Part shown: positions 52,201 through 61,464 of the stretch, one piece after another
How the letters are laid out: each line of letters opens with the position of its first letter
How positions within the stretch are numbered: position 1 is the stretch's first letter
Source of the DNA: Phoronis australis
Lineage: Eukaryota; Animalia; Phoronida
Direction of reading: 5' to 3'
Length of the DNA stretch: 64,000 nt
NCBI GenBank assembly: GCA_002633005.1
Contig: NMRA01000002.1
Span: forward strand, 2,862,687 to 2,926,686
Translations under genes and position numbers: made by a program
The notes under the pieces: generated by a model
Seen by the model: the letters and a program-made list of their open reading frames with translations, nothing else
Told to the model about the DNA's origin: nothing
Database searches by the model: none

Positions 52201-53931
52201 AATTGGGAGAGGTACAAGTAAGATTCTGAGAAGGAGCCATGTTACTGCCGCATGACCTTTTTTGTTGTCAACGATTAAATTCTACCTTAAGTTCAGAATC
52301 AGATTTGCCAAAGTGTTCAATGTTTCTACATTTCAGATCACCCACAGATTTGTTCAATGATTACTGCTGCAGTGACATGACATTCAAGCCCTCTATACCT
52401 CTTCCTAAAACCAGAAAACAGGGGTCGAAGGTAAGGGACGGACATGGTCATTTTTTAATTAATTTAAACTCTCTGTAGTTTTTTTATGATAAGTAAGGTT
52501 AAAGCATGAGTGTTTTTAAGAGGTCACTCAAAGATTGTCTCGATCATATTACGTTTGTTGATCCAAACTTGTTTTCACAAAATATATGTATCCCTACCAA
52601 ATTATTAATCAGAATAATATCGAGTGGAGGTGAAAACAGTAGCCCAGTCTTCAAAGTAGTTAAATCAAATGGTACTAGTTATCAGTGGTTGGTGTGAAAA
52701 CCTCCATAAATTGAAGGAATTTGTCTGCTTTGTGGTACAAACGTGCTTTTGCAACGTTACGGTCTTAACGTTAGGCTAAAGAAGCATAGTCAGATCCTGA
52801 TCTGTACCTTGACTCACTTTAAGACCTGCCTTCACAAACTAAGAAATAAAAAAAACACTTGCCCAAAGTGTGGTGTTTTTTGAAAAGCCGGTCAAAGGCA
52901 CGTAAGCAGGATTTGAAGCACCATGATTTGCCAAGCGAAGACTAAAAAATCCCACATTGTTTTTTGCTTGTATCAGGTTGTTTTTTATAAAGTTCAGCAT
53001 CTAAAAATACCTCCCCACAAACTCACAGAACAGGGTCAAGGATATTTTCTATTCTACTTTTGTGCAAACTCAAATTAATTGTTATTCCATGCTAGAGTAC
53101 ATAGTGGCTAACGTGGGTATCTGTGTAATCCTAGTCTGTACTTGATAAACCCAGTATCAAGACTAACATTTGGAGTCAGAACTCAAAATTTAGAGTATTA
53201 ATTTTACTTTAGTTTGTAGTTTGAATCCAAGAGTCATCAAGTGCAAACTTATTCTAAAAACTCGTGTGCATAAACCATAATGTACTTAAGCACATACTTA
53301 TGGACCCTTATCTTGAGTTCGTACGAAACTAGAACAGAAAATGCCAAAAATAATTTGGAGTTCGATTTCGAATACAAAGATTAAACCTCGGGTCCAGAAT
53401 CAACTATGCTCTTTGGCCTTAGCCTAGAATCTGAATTTGTCTTGCAAGTGGAACTCAGTGTGAAAAAGTTTACACTGTGGTCTATAATCTTGATTAAGAT
53501 GCTTTCTGAAATTTAAAGGCTTGTCCACACTTAGCGATTTGCCCGCAATGGGATTGTTGAGTGAAGACTTGTCTTTAAGTGTAGACGCTACTTTACAGTT
53601 GCGGACTCATCGCTTTTTCTTCTTCAAAGGCCTGTGCACACTTAGCAATTTGTCTGCAATGCATCTGCAAGTCCCTGCAACTGCGTGTTGCAGACAAATC
53701 GCTGAGTGTTGACGGGCCTTAACGCTTCGTTTAGTGGAAGATGCAAAGTGCATGTGTCAGGTAACAATCTTGTTATTCAAAAACGAGTTTTGTTATTAAT
53801 TAAAATAAAAAGCAACTTAGTGTTATTTAAAATTGTCTCATTCTCATTTTCAGGCCTGCAATTTCACAGAGCTTCACAGTGACTTTGACAGGTATATCAC
53901 ACCAGTGAAGCACTTCTTGGGAGAGACATGA
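7045..53931 (+). CDS. NOC3L: Nucleolar complex protein 3 homolog, multi-exon gene (19 coding exons traced; 5' start exon not located)
   Basis: join(7045-7349,11755-11927,12968-13185,13429-13590,13766-13859,17009-17094,20408-20527,21591-21719,22837-22968,42372-42452,43908-44008,44859-44931,46298-46433,47400-47470,48738-48848,50007-50135,50481-50578,52337-52430,53854-53931) = 2391 nt, open frame, all GT-AG, phases consistent. Motifs recognised from NOC3/NOC3L: [99 protein letters not shown]. Length matches the ~800-aa vertebrate protein. Confidence 0.95.
9499..10962. mobile_element. ~1.46-kb TA-flanked TIR non-autonomous DNA transposon
   Basis: TA|ccgtactcgtc ... gatgagtacgg|TA; subterminal direct repeat cccatgctc(a/g)gcttaccgccca near both ends. 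Confidence 0.75.
11755..11927 (+). CDS. NOC3L: NOC3L exon ([11 protein letters not shown]...[13 protein letters not shown])
   Basis: tttcag acceptor, G|gtcagt donor; LLPIK motif. Confidence 0.9.
11952..12155. mobile_element. ~200-bp mariner-type MITE
   Basis: TIRs cagggtgaccagaaaatgaaacc / ggtttcat(t-run)ggtcacccag, preceded by TA. Confidence 0.7.
12968..13185 (+). CDS. NOC3L: NOC3L exon, copy 1 (TIPDIPK...IIENPEES)
   Basis: ttttag / gtaggt; phase 1 in, phase 0 out. Confidence 0.9.
13429..13590 (+). CDS. NOC3L: NOC3L exon, copy 1 (TRKLKELR...[11 protein letters not shown]...EQQ)
   Basis: ttttag / gtgaga; core NOC3p-domain motif. Confidence 0.93.
13766..13859 (+). CDS. NOC3L: NOC3L exon, copy 1 ([27 protein letters not shown])
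   Basis: ttttag / gtgagt; conserved motif. Confidence 0.92.
14032..14717. mobile_element. Truncated insertion at a TAA site (PIF/Harbinger-like terminus), present only after duplicate copy 1
   Basis: Copy 1 reads aatctgTAA|gggctgttcc; copy 2 reads aatctcTAA|ttag (empty site); sequence ends at the N join. Confidence 0.55.
14976..15193 (+). CDS. NOC3L: Duplicate NOC3L exon (copy 2 of 12968-13185); likely alternate haplotype
   Basis: Same 218-nt length and splice sites; about 9 substitutions versus copy 1. Confidence 0.75.
15438..15599 (+). CDS. NOC3L: Duplicate NOC3L exon (copy 2 of 13429-13590)
   Basis: Same 162-nt length, intact splice sites; DILPG becomes DIIPG. Confidence 0.75.
15777..15870 (+). 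CDS. NOC3L: Duplicate NOC3L exon (copy 2 of 13766-13859)
   Basis: Same 94-nt length, intact splice sites, one synonymous change. Confidence 0.75.
17009..17094 (+). CDS. NOC3L: NOC3L exon ([29 protein letters not shown])
   Basis: ttttggtag / gtgagt; phase 1 to 0 bridges the flanking exons; basic linker. Confidence 0.8.
20408..20527 (+). CDS. NOC3L: NOC3L exon ([27 protein letters not shown]...)
   Basis: cttttag / gtaagt; PHFN motif. Confidence 0.93.
21591..21719 (+). CDS. NOC3L: NOC3L exon ([19 protein letters not shown]...NIKPK)
   Basis: ttcctccag / gtatgc; phase 0-0. Confidence 0.9.
22837..22968 (+). CDS. NOC3L: NOC3L exon ([13 protein letters not shown]...FSRRERK)
   Basis: ttgaag / gtatga; conserved FLSLKIKEV and SRxERK. 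Confidence 0.9.
23352..24130. mobile_element. ~780-bp non-coding interspersed element (copy 1) with terminal hairpin, internal complement of its joined ends and a tRNA-like segment; possibly Crypton/tyrosine-recombinase-dependent
   Basis: Homologous to 49139-49887; hairpin at 23352-23462; tataccaca (23465-23473) complementary to terminal tgtggtata (24121-24129). Confidence 0.75.
25559..27097 (-). CDS. Nested antisense ORF, ~500 aa, K/S/E/Q-rich and probably disordered, with a 69-aa internal duplication; unknown function
   Basis: 1.56-kb stop-free frame (open to 27124) in AT-rich intronic DNA; possible acceptor tcttccag at 27069-27076 or start at MSSSNR; no transposon motifs recognised. Confidence 0.65.
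   Translation of the reverse strand: MIIKILMSSSNRLRYLFLHPIKIQDPTTKHFMSPDESPNFPQMGDEMSNEHEMPKVDSVHVAKKGKVFGSEEIKTKRRKSYKPSSSKCYKERAALREANHKVGLKSLTVKAEKVKLIDQSAKHIKINTSEFSGKRMPQYETKEQNNRQKLKQLQEKMRTFFSKVGTTEFSFSTTLGDERTLSVPCESRQTSDEDAESEDDDSDEPAGAFLKRMSSKRQNTSKVQRDIILKVSPSQQSRLKLTKQGTKTRIDAVPHINQWEANKEDGIEPSEDLQMVPKTSALEDSLDSTVQAPSRMKKTQASPKKKKSQQHSVAKQHQTIDNEEKQDMPESNMDILQPLDNLQTVPETFAIEDSPDSTAHVASRTKKMQASSIKRNSRQGSVDKRRHTIDNEENQDRPEPKVTLKPFDDIKRKSFNEKQRRESQQSQARRSLSYDEVDLKQAAFRRTSTDKKEVRKQSGFSHTIHNDDGRLYMTKEGSLPELMQSVSSTLLGHSDSSLVGPQLSCTTLISAD
28070..28873 (-). CDS. Nested antisense single-exon ORF, 267 aa, unknown function
   Basis: ATG-initiated 804-nt ORF; low-complexity N-half, Cys/Trp/aromatic-rich C-half ending WCCLH. 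Confidence 0.5.
   Translation of the reverse strand: MDKCLSDGTDKITSGKTQTTEIDNSPQALTNDRRIDVAKYCPQASESFMKSYLTSSSQNRRRSKYLKLQHLLKRTSQRESGRRKTWCHESKPSFEDEFNKFVIEKRNTLISPTQTVCFINYRNSKKYVPTIVDYFANSLPDVTVESDSFHVLDRWTGVVPPLEESLREAWIAKWHRSQRYACTCWPQNTIRALSCYTVEQLYLRLLKNEVSTIKSHSSLAHQLDVFACRHNRLTWYCAHSQYSNLFCRESVLRIPVRKTWKIWCCLH
31770..31797. repeat. (GA)n microsatellite at the LINE 3' junction
   Basis: Direct reading. Confidence 0.95.
32038..32529 (-). pseudogene. LINE ORF2 C-terminal region downstream of RT
   Basis: [27 protein letters not shown]...LPKYF...[11 protein letters not shown]...CxxxxCxxC tail typical of CR1/L2-group ORF2. Confidence 0.85.
33510..34313 (-). pseudogene. LINE ORF2 apurinic-type endonuclease domain, with frameshifts near 34210 and 33770
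   Basis: [42 protein letters not shown] motifs split over two frames. Confidence 0.9.
35440..35972. repeat. 41-bp tandem repeat, ~13 units, in the LINE inter-ORF spacer
   Basis: Unit ggtaattatgtttaacttacaatgacagtgcataattacta; contains the inverted repeat cataattac-tag-gtaattatg. Confidence 0.97.
35950..36675 (-). pseudogene. LINE ORF1 (coiled coil + RRM/CTD, transposase-22-like) with one in-frame TGA at 36256-36258
   Basis: [53 protein letters not shown] motifs; the same frame continues across the stop. Confidence 0.88.
37600..38172 (-). CDS. Nested antisense gene, terminal exon ([12 protein letters not shown]...YLNSGNE*)
   Basis: Acceptor taatctag| gives phase 0 in a 190-codon open frame; matches the phase-0 donor at 38763. 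Confidence 0.55.
   Translation of the reverse strand, partial: VTEQSLDSIITLGNRGLMNPLEKSRNHQATLPNTKHQEAIEKKLKNKFDTLSNLPISPNCHRLPVDKEDIALTQAISVQGRSPAPSQVSIPQHVTTSRSQLLQNQSNTNNNGYVTYLLEQLDKKLNRVEITPKMMLDFISFNYNPSTLASRRIQHDSQDRIMSDESMSGYEMLVEKMINDDCIYLNSGNE
38763..39200 (-). CDS. Nested antisense gene, internal exon ([10 protein letters not shown]...NQLTLSK)
   Basis: Strong poly-T + cag acceptor and AAA|gtaggt donor; 438 nt, phase 0-0, open; S/T/K/Q/N-rich. Confidence 0.55.
39870..40322 (+). mobile_element. 5'-truncated L2/CR1-type LINE 3' end with microsatellite tail
   Basis: [27 protein letters not shown]2 end; 3' stem-loop catgct...ttagcctttggctaa..agcatg; AATAAA; then (GTT/GCT/ATT)n. Confidence 0.75.
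40219..40324. repeat. (GCT)n trinucleotide microsatellite
   Basis: Direct reading; nearly 30 GCT units with GTT/ATT flanks. Confidence 0.97.
41689..41947 (-). CDS. Candidate upstream exon of the nested antisense gene ([14 protein letters not shown]...CTLA)
   Basis: ATG-initiated open frame with CAG|gtaatg donor (phase 1); link to downstream exons not established. Confidence 0.3.
42100..42185 (+). mobile_element. Degenerate tRNA-derived SINE head
   Basis: A-box-like ggtgtaatggttagg and B-box-like atttcaatccc at tRNA spacing; no complete cloverleaf. Confidence 0.4.
42372..42452 (+). CDS. NOC3L: NOC3L exon ([27 protein letters not shown])
   Basis: ttttcag / gtgagt; coiled-coil segment continuing the 22968 exon. 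Confidence 0.9.
43908..44008 (+). CDS. NOC3L: NOC3L exon ([33 protein letters not shown])
   Basis: tttcccag / gtatgt; YFRILK motif. Confidence 0.93.
44859..44931 (+). CDS. NOC3L: NOC3L exon ([24 protein letters not shown])
   Basis: gtacag / gtacgt; FAHLIN motif. Confidence 0.93.
44978..45511. mobile_element. ~530-bp MITE with TTAA-type target (Kolobok-like termini)
   Basis: TIRs ggtaactgtgatgcttgtttaccaggtt / aacctggtaaacaaggttcacagttacc; TTAA on the left, TTTA on the right. Confidence 0.75.
45657..45793. repeat. ~137-bp imperfect palindrome (foldback / mini-MITE)
   Basis: Arms ...gaaacccaaatgtgattggcagtgaaagaac / gttctttcactgccagtcacattgggtttc... Confidence 0.85.
46298..46433 (+). CDS. 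NOC3L: NOC3L exon ([33 protein letters not shown]...)
   Basis: catttag / gtaggt; CBF/Mak21-domain region. Confidence 0.93.
47400..47470 (+). CDS. NOC3L: NOC3L exon ([23 protein letters not shown])
   Basis: ttttctag / gtacct; CLDVM..KRRKQ motif. Confidence 0.9.
48738..48848 (+). CDS. NOC3L: NOC3L exon ([18 protein letters not shown]...)
   Basis: atttcag / gtgagt; RxLAyIKRL motif. Confidence 0.92.
49139..49887. mobile_element. Copy 2 of the ~780-bp element (most of the hairpin's right arm deleted)
   Basis: Colinear similarity to 23352-24130, same orientation, same tgtggtataa end. Confidence 0.78.
50007..50135 (+). CDS. NOC3L: NOC3L exon ([43 protein letters not shown])
   Basis: ttgcag / gtgagt; strongly conserved motif. 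Confidence 0.94.
50481..50578 (+). CDS. NOC3L: NOC3L exon ([15 protein letters not shown]...ELAR)
   Basis: tttgcag / gtactt; HYHP motif. Confidence 0.92.
52337..52430 (+). CDS. NOC3L: NOC3L exon ([21 protein letters not shown]...SK)
   Basis: tttcag / gtaagg; LF..Y...MTF.P motif; phase consistent. Confidence 0.88.
53518..53718. mobile_element. ~200-bp Harbinger-like MITE
   Basis: TIR-like ggcttgtccacacttagcgatttg / caaatcgctgagtgttgacgggcc, with a third internal TIR copy at ~53629. Confidence 0.6.
53854..53931 (+). CDS. NOC3L: NOC3L terminal coding exon ([25 protein letters not shown])
   Basis: Strong ctcattttcag acceptor, phase 0, TGA at 53929-53931; candidate AATAAA at 54737-54742. Confidence 0.7.
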   Translation, partial: ACNFTELHSDFDRYITPVKHFLGET

Positions 53932-54998
53932 CAACCCTGATGGTGTAATATATAGTAGTGGGTTTGAATTGACCTAGTCAACCATCGTGCTCCCTTTGGA
54001 AAGGATAGACACTATTCTGTAAGTGCTTGTTGACAGCAAAGAGAGTTACTGAAGAATGGATGTGGCTCATGAGGACGTTGGTCTATTTGGACTGCACATG
54101 TACCTATGGGGTTGTGCAGTTTGAAACGCAAACATATTTAGGGCAGTGTTAAAATTTGGTTGATAAAATCATGCTCCTGGTGTCCTCACAAGACTGGAAA
54201 AAGTAAATTTGAACAGGCATCGGTAGAGAAAGACAAAATGTAATTGGGACATAAAAGTTTCAGGTTATAACGGCTGAAGGAGCAGGCATCAGAACAACTA
54301 CAGTATCCACCTTTATACCGTCTTAAATTTGAGTTAACCTTAGCCAAGGGGAGTTTGGTGCATGGAAAAAGCAATCAAAAGGTTCGCTGATAACTATTTC
54401 GCATGTACCCGTGGTAATAATTGATTACTGGCATTGCGTTTTAGCACACTCCCAACTTTTTTCACATATAATCCCATCTGCATTCATGAAATGTGTGATA
54501 CAAGCCATGGGCTTATGTGCACCAACCCAATTACATGACCTGGCAGATAGGGTACTCAACTCACATAAGGCGGATTCTACCGGACAGAGGTCTCGTCCAA
54601 GTTCAACGAAATCTCACTTTTCTGAAGGATCTAATGTACAAACTAGAACAACTGTACTGTCAAACTTTGTTGTACTTGAGCGAAAATTCTACTTGTGCAT
54701 CGCCCGCTTTTATGTATTTTAAACTTTGTGTGGTCTAATAAAATTGTACCATTGTCGTAAAATTGTGTGCAAATTTGAAGCTTGCTAGGGCCATGCTTTT
54801 CAGTCCTAGATTTCTTAATATTGGTACAAAGATCAAATTTCCAAGTCTCAAGTTTTACTGTACTTGTAAGTTTCGGGAGCCAATGCCACATCGATATAAA
54901 CGGGACAAAATTTTCAACTTCAGGATGGGCCTATAAACAAGCATGGCCTGGGCATTTAAGGATTATTTTTTATACTTGGAGATCAGCATTTAGCTTAA

Positions 54999-57425
54999 AG
55001 TGGCATTATTAGTTTTATGTTAAAAAATGCATTTTGCAGGGTTATTGTTGGACAGGATAGATTTCTCCAAGTCATTGACTTTGACCAGAGCTACAAAATT
55101 TAAACAAAAAAACTGTTGTTTTGTGACAAAATCAAATCATCACTCCTCGCCCTTATATGCCAGGCACTGACTGAAGTAAAGGCTGATGTTTTTACCAGTT
55201 AAATACCAAAATTCTCTGCCATTTATGGAGTGAGATTTGGGCCTGCCAGCAGAGCATTAGACTGCTTCAGCTGGCTATGCAGGTTCTATTCCAGGCTAAG
55301 ACTTATCTTGGAAGGTCACTGTTCCTGGAGATAGTGTTCCTTTAACAGGCTGTTGACTGAGGTGAATGTGATTCTTTCCTGGTTGTGTCACAAAGGTGAA
55401 CAGTCTTTCCCTAGGCACTTTGAGCCTCTAAAGCACTTGTCCACTCACCGATTTGGTCAATTTTGTATCAAGTTTTCAAACGTCCTTCAAGTTCCATGCA
55501 GGTGTCTGGGATTGGGGAGCACTATTTTCTGATTTTGTTTGGAAGATTTAGTTGATTTGGTGAGAGTTGTTCTCTGTTTTATTGAAGCAGAAATTGATAA
55601 AAGACAATTTTTTCTTAATTTGCGCTCTTCATTTATGTAATGAAAACTGAAAGATTAAAATGTTAGGTCTGCTAATGGTATGAAATTGGTTTTACAGCCT
55701 GGTATTTTATTTATAACTTATTTTAGGGAAATTGACGAATATAGTACTCAGTAGCAGAGACCATTAGACAGCTTTTGTAACTTCTGTTTTGTCTAATATA
55801 TAATTTGTATATTCTTTACAAAATATGTTCGTGACGTTTCCTGATCTTTTTTGGCTGTCATTTACAAAGGCACCAAATTGGTCCACATTCAGGTGTATGT
55901 CCAGTGGGCTTGCCTTAAAATACAATTTCAAAATCGTGTCCGAGGAGGCAGTGGTGTATTGTGAGTTATGGAGAGCCTCGGGGAATGACAAACAAACCAA
56001 CCACTGGGGAAATGTCTTCGATTCGTGACTCAGCGAACAATGCTACCTAAAGGAACAATAGGTACCAATATTAACAATGATATTTATAGGTGATCTCATC
56101 CTTGGTTGGTTTTCATAGTCCACCAGACTACATGAAAATTTTGTTTTTCATATACCCTCATTGGCATCTCTCCAAACTTCTTGTGCGTTTTGATGTCATT
56201 GACGCCAAGAAGGACCATTGTGAGTAAAGTTGTGTTAAATGTCCGTAGTTAATATTTTGCGGCTTGCTTAGAGGATAAATACCAGTCGATAGAAGATTTC
56301 ACACAGTTGTTGGCATACATTACTGTATTTTCGTTATTCTTCTGTTTAAACACTCCTGCTTTCTCGGTTACTTTTTAAGGGTTTCGGAAACGGTGATCTT
56401 CTCAAACACGATTAAAACTTAGTGTTGAAATCTTCGTTCCCACAGAAATATTCAACAGTGCAGTATTCCGGCGGGATGCGTCGACACTACTGCTTCTTAA
56501 ACGATCGTGTAGTGTTCCGCGTCAGCTAGATGTTCGATGTACAACAAAGGCCGACCTGGGGTTATTTTGAATGTTTTGGAAAGTGATAAGAAGTTGCGGG
56601 TGCTGTAAAGAACAGGAAAACCTTTCGTTTATGCTCATTAGGGTTAGTCACGTTTTGCCGGGTTTTTTTAGCGCCAAACCTGAAAAGGCTTGGCAGCTCC
56701 TAATCACCGAGGCCACTGAGACGTACTGATAATCCAACGGATTCAGATGACGGAAATCAATTAGACGACATCACTGCTGATCGACTTCAGTGAACACAAG
56801 ACTAATGGGGCACCTCTGCATACATTAGCCTCAAGGTGAACAGAAAAACTTCTCATATCCAACAAATTATATACACTTTCCGTGTTGAACACGATGTAGG
56901 GACCAGTACTGCGCATTTGAATTTGTTCTGCGTGCGGAACAATGCAGACTCATTGTGAGTAACCTTAATATTTAAATGCCAGTGTATTTCATCAAAAAGT
57001 CTGCAAAACTAGAATTTAACCACAAAAAAATATTTTTAGAAGGAAGAAAGCGTTTCCAGAATATTATCTTGAACTTAATGACAATCTGCCATTTAACTGG
57101 GCATTATCGACAAGGGACATCATCATAACCGCGCCAGCGCGGATTCGAACCGAAAATCTTCGCATTCGCAACTGTAACCCTCTGCTGACTAACGCGCAGC
57201 CAATAGGCTTAAATAACTATTTCAAGAGTATTGAACTGGTAAAGTCACTGCCTTCGTTTCGGTCACTGACTGGCAGACGTCGTTGAAAATTGACGATTGT
57301 AGTAAAAGCACAAAAACAACTAATGTTATTATTTTATAGCTTTGGTCAACGCTAATAACTTTAAAAAATCTATGCCATACAACAAGTATCCCCAAAATGC
57401 GTATTTCGGCCGTAAAAACGATAAT
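54999..57425. repeat. Two diverged, oppositely oriented copies of a TTAA-flanked repeat (~54999-55340 and ~56050-57425)
   Basis: 55005-55207 aligns to the reverse complement of 57225-57425; shared ...gttccttt end. Confidence 0.55.
57080..57210 (-). mobile_element. Degenerate tRNA-derived SINE
   Basis: Perfect B-box GGTTCGAATCC on the minus strand (57141-57151), weak A-box upstream. Confidence 0.4.
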
Positions 57426-57884
57426 CTGATAATCTTCCTTTGATCGTGTCACGTGACCATGTCTTTTTTAGCTGAATTGACTGAGCAACAGAGAAACTGG
57501 TGTTGTCCTACTTCTGTAGCAAAACAAAGTCAACAGTAACGTGACCAAATGTCTTTTGATAAGCATTCAATTTGGCATCTTAAAAACGATGTCACAGTTT
57601 TCTGAATTTTCCTTATTCTTTTATGGGTCAGACGTGTTTGGCAGTAGAATTGGTTAAACAAACGACAGTGTTGCCTGTTCACAGTTTTAATGGAGTGCCC
57701 CTTAAATTCGCGTTATATTTGACTTAATGTCGTTCGCATTTGCGCATGGTGTGATCTGAAGCTAGTTCATAATAATAGGAGGCCGAAAAGAAGGTGTTAA
57801 ATGGCAGTTAGTACAGAAGAATGTTACAAAGTACTTCAAACAATGTCTGTGTTTTATGCAACTTTTGTTTGTTCGTTTTTTGTA

Positions 57885-59222
57885 AAAATCATCCCCCGTT
57901 ACTGTGGTACCGTTACGTAGACGACATTTAAGTTAAGATCCAGGGATAGGCCTACTTACTACGTTAGTGAAGTTTTAGACCATATCGAGCGCGCATAGGA
58001 TGACGCCGGAGCTCCCATGTCTCGACACTTGTAGATCGGTAGTACTAAGATTACAATTTACCCGAAACCAGAGGGCGGACAGGCTGAATTTCTCTCCAAC
58101 CATCGTGTTCAATGACCAGTATTACATACACTTTTAAAGAGAGCTGTAAGATGACTACTCCTACTGGATGTTCGATCCCAGACCTCACGTGTCGTAGGAG
58201 GTTGACCCCTTTAAGGTCGACATAGCTCTTCCGTACGTTCATAGTCTCTCGGGAAAACTATCAAACAATTTCAGAGAACACAATTTAGGCACGTATCGCA
58301 AACCCGTTCAACACCCTACGAAGTGTGTTGGTCCACCCGAAGGACAACTCAAAAAACTAAAAGTGTGGGGTCGTATATAGGGTCAAGTGGCCCGATTGTC
58401 CTGCGAAATATGTTGGTGATTGGACTTTGAACCTTGCTCAAGGAGCATGTTAATATATCACTGATGTGGCACCCCTGTGCGGGGGCAGAACATCTGGATA
58501 CAGCCAGTGCCCCTACCACGGAAGCGCCCAAATGGACTCGAAAGATAGCATCTCGAGAAAAAATANGGACATTTAAGTTAAGATCCAGGGATAGGCCTAC
58601 TTACTACGTTAGTGAAGTTTTAGACCATATCGAGCGCGCATAGGATGACGCCGGAGCTCCCATGTCTCGACACTTGTAGATCGGTAGTACTAAGATTACA
58701 ATTTACCCGAAACCAGAAGGCGGACAGGCTGAATTTCTCTCCAACCATCGTGTTCAATGACCAGTATTACATACACTTTTAAACAGAGCTGTAAGATGAC
58801 TACTCCTACTGGATGTTCGATCCCAGACCTCACGTGTCGTAGGAGGTTGACCCCTTTAAGGTCGACATAGCTCTTCCGTACGTTCATAGTCTCTCGGAAA
58901 AACTATCCAACAATTTCAGAGAACACAATTTAGGCACGTATCGCAAACCCGTTCAACACCCTACGAAGTGTGTTGGTCCACCCGAAGGACAACTCAAAAA
59001 ACTAAAAGTGTGGGGTCGTATATAGGGTCAAGTGGCCCGATTGTCCTGCGAAATATGTTGGTGATTGGACTTTGAACCTTGCTCAAGGAGCATGTTAATA
59101 TATCACTGATGTGGCACCCCTGTGCGGGGGCAGAACATCTGGATACAGCCAGTGCCCCTACCACGGAAGCGCCCAAATGGACTCGAAAGATAGCATCTCG
59201 AGAAAAAATAGGCCTCCGTTGG
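57885..59222 (+). mobile_element. Decayed Penelope-like retroelement fragment (RT C-terminus/linker + GIY-YIG endonuclease), most of it present twice across the N at 58566
   Basis: Broken frames give IALPYVHSLSGKLSNNFREHNL..RKP/FNTLRSVLVHPKD...CGVVYRVKWPDCPAKYVG...LKEH...RKNRPPL, matching the PLE pattern LPY...KP.NTL...L.HPKD...GVVY.I.C..C...Y.G..R.KEH. Confidence 0.8.
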
Positions 59223-60229
59223 TAATTATTATTATTTCAATACAACATAACAGCTTTTTCGGAACACTTAGCGTGATGAAATTTAAGAAAGACTTATTTC
59301 TGCATCATTCGACCTCTGACCCCTTGGTGACATACACATTCAGTATATGTGAAATACTTAGAAGTTTTGCTGTCTTATCTTAAAGCCAAAACATGTATCT
59401 AACCATCTCTTTTACATCGCCATCACCAGTCTTACCATCTAGAAATAACACACGAAACGTGTCAAACAATGCTCTCTGAGGTTTTCATTACAAGAACAGT
59501 TCCGAAGAATATCAGACATTCTGACCTTCTCCTGTCAAACTTAGCTCGCAGTTGTAGGCTGATATTCTTAGTTTCGTTATGTTATGAAATTGGCCTCAAA
59601 GTATGCCTTGGCCAAATTGAAAATGATTTCAAACATTTCCTTATTGCTCGAGACCAGGCTCCGCTACAGGTTAACTTGTCACGGCGGGTCATTTTACCCG
59701 CCGATCATGGTCTCAAGAAATGACCTACTTTCAGTTTTGCAAACCCAGAAATCCTCATCTGAGTACAGAATAAGTTGAGATCTACGTCATAAGTTCGCTT
59801 CTTGGACGGAACGCAGATTTATTTACGCCTTTTAAAGTGGCTATATAAACCTGCGTCGAAATTATTCTCAGAGACTTCATCGGTCAAATGTTGACATTGT
59901 TGTTTTTATATTTTCTTGTTAAAATAGTTTTATATTACGGCTCCAATTAGTTTTGAGAGCAATTTGAGACCAATTTCACAACCAATGCCACAAGGGTAAG
60001 TCGGCTAAATTAAACGTTACTTGTTGTGATGGAAGGCGGGTTTATAGTTTCAATGACCAATGCAATGGCCCATTCCATTCCCCTCGTCGTGCATGGTGAA
60101 GTGGTAGAAAATTCACACACTACATTCCACCGTCCATGCGAATGTTTATTAGGCCCATGTGCCCATATCCGAAATTCATAATGCGTGTTTAAAGGAAAAT
60201 TGTTCAAGTGTTTTGCATATGAGTGCATG

Positions 60230-60571
60230 CAGGGGCGGATCCAGGATTTTGAGTTAGGGGGGCCAGGGCACAGGAATAACCAGAATTTCGGCAGATGCGC
60301 ACGCCCAGCCTAAACTGTAGGGGATCTCGAATGTTTGGGTTTGCGGACCGTTTGACTAAAAAAATTCAAAAAACGGTAAACGGGCTTTGTTCAGGGCCTA
60401 TGCATTGCTTATTCACCCCCCGATCCCCCCTGGATGCGCGTATGTGCTAGTCAGCAATTCGCACCGGCCTGCCAAATGGTATCTGGTAGAATTTTAGGGG
60501 GGGGCATGGCCCCCTNTACAGCCGAACAAAAAGTTGGGCCCCCCCCTTGTGATATCCTAGATCCGCCACTG
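60230..60571. mobile_element. GC-rich MITE with caggggcggatccagga-type TIR
   Basis: caggggcggatccagga / tcctagatccgccactg; internal N at 60516. Confidence 0.7.
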
Positions 60572-61464
60572 TACAAGGTACGAACAAGGTTTATGCATGA
60601 AATAACACCAACCAAATGCGAAGTATACTATCGTCGTATTGTCGAAAATGTAACGTGGTGTGCTCGAGATAGAAAAGGCGTGGGGCTACAAAAAGTTATC
60701 GGTTGGGGAAAATACAAAACCTTTGTGCTCCAAGCGCTATTATTATACCGCCATGATTAAAGGACCGATCACTAGAATGACATGAAATCCGCAGTCGTAA
60801 CAAAGGCCTGCAGGCACACGTTTGATTGCCGACTCCTTCCAACTGTTCATATTTCGGAAGTCAATTAACCAATCAACACTAAGCACGTGAAACTGTCAAA
60901 CCAATAAGGAACTACTGACACTTTGGCCGTGGGAACAACTTCCATTTTGTCACTAAGTTGATCAACCTACCAATACTTTTGCCTTTTCTTGTCAGAAACA
61001 AAGGTGCGCTTTGACGGAATTATGCGTCTCTTGGTAAGTATAAATTGCACGTGTACAACGCTTCGTAACGACGGGTGTTGATGGTGTAGACCTGCGATAG
61101 GCCTGCACCTCATAAGAAACCATGCGGCTAGAATTAGAGAACAAAGTGTTAACAAATGTGCAGGTATTCCAAAATATTACCCACGTTTTTGCATATTAAA
61201 ATTTGTTTCTAAAACAACCACTATCGAATTTAACAAATCAAAATCATGATTCGATGACATCGCTGCCAAATTAATATTAAATGTTGTTTCCTGATCGTTT
61301 TCTTGATCGTTTAAACTTGGTTTTATTTGTCTACCTTTCTGCGAGCTCACTGCGAAGAACAAATTTTTTTGAAGTACAGCAATTCCTAATTGTGTGTTTC
61401 AGAAAACTGTGTTCTTCAAAATGCACAGTTTGTGCAGCCGTGTCAAAATATGGCTTTATTGGCC

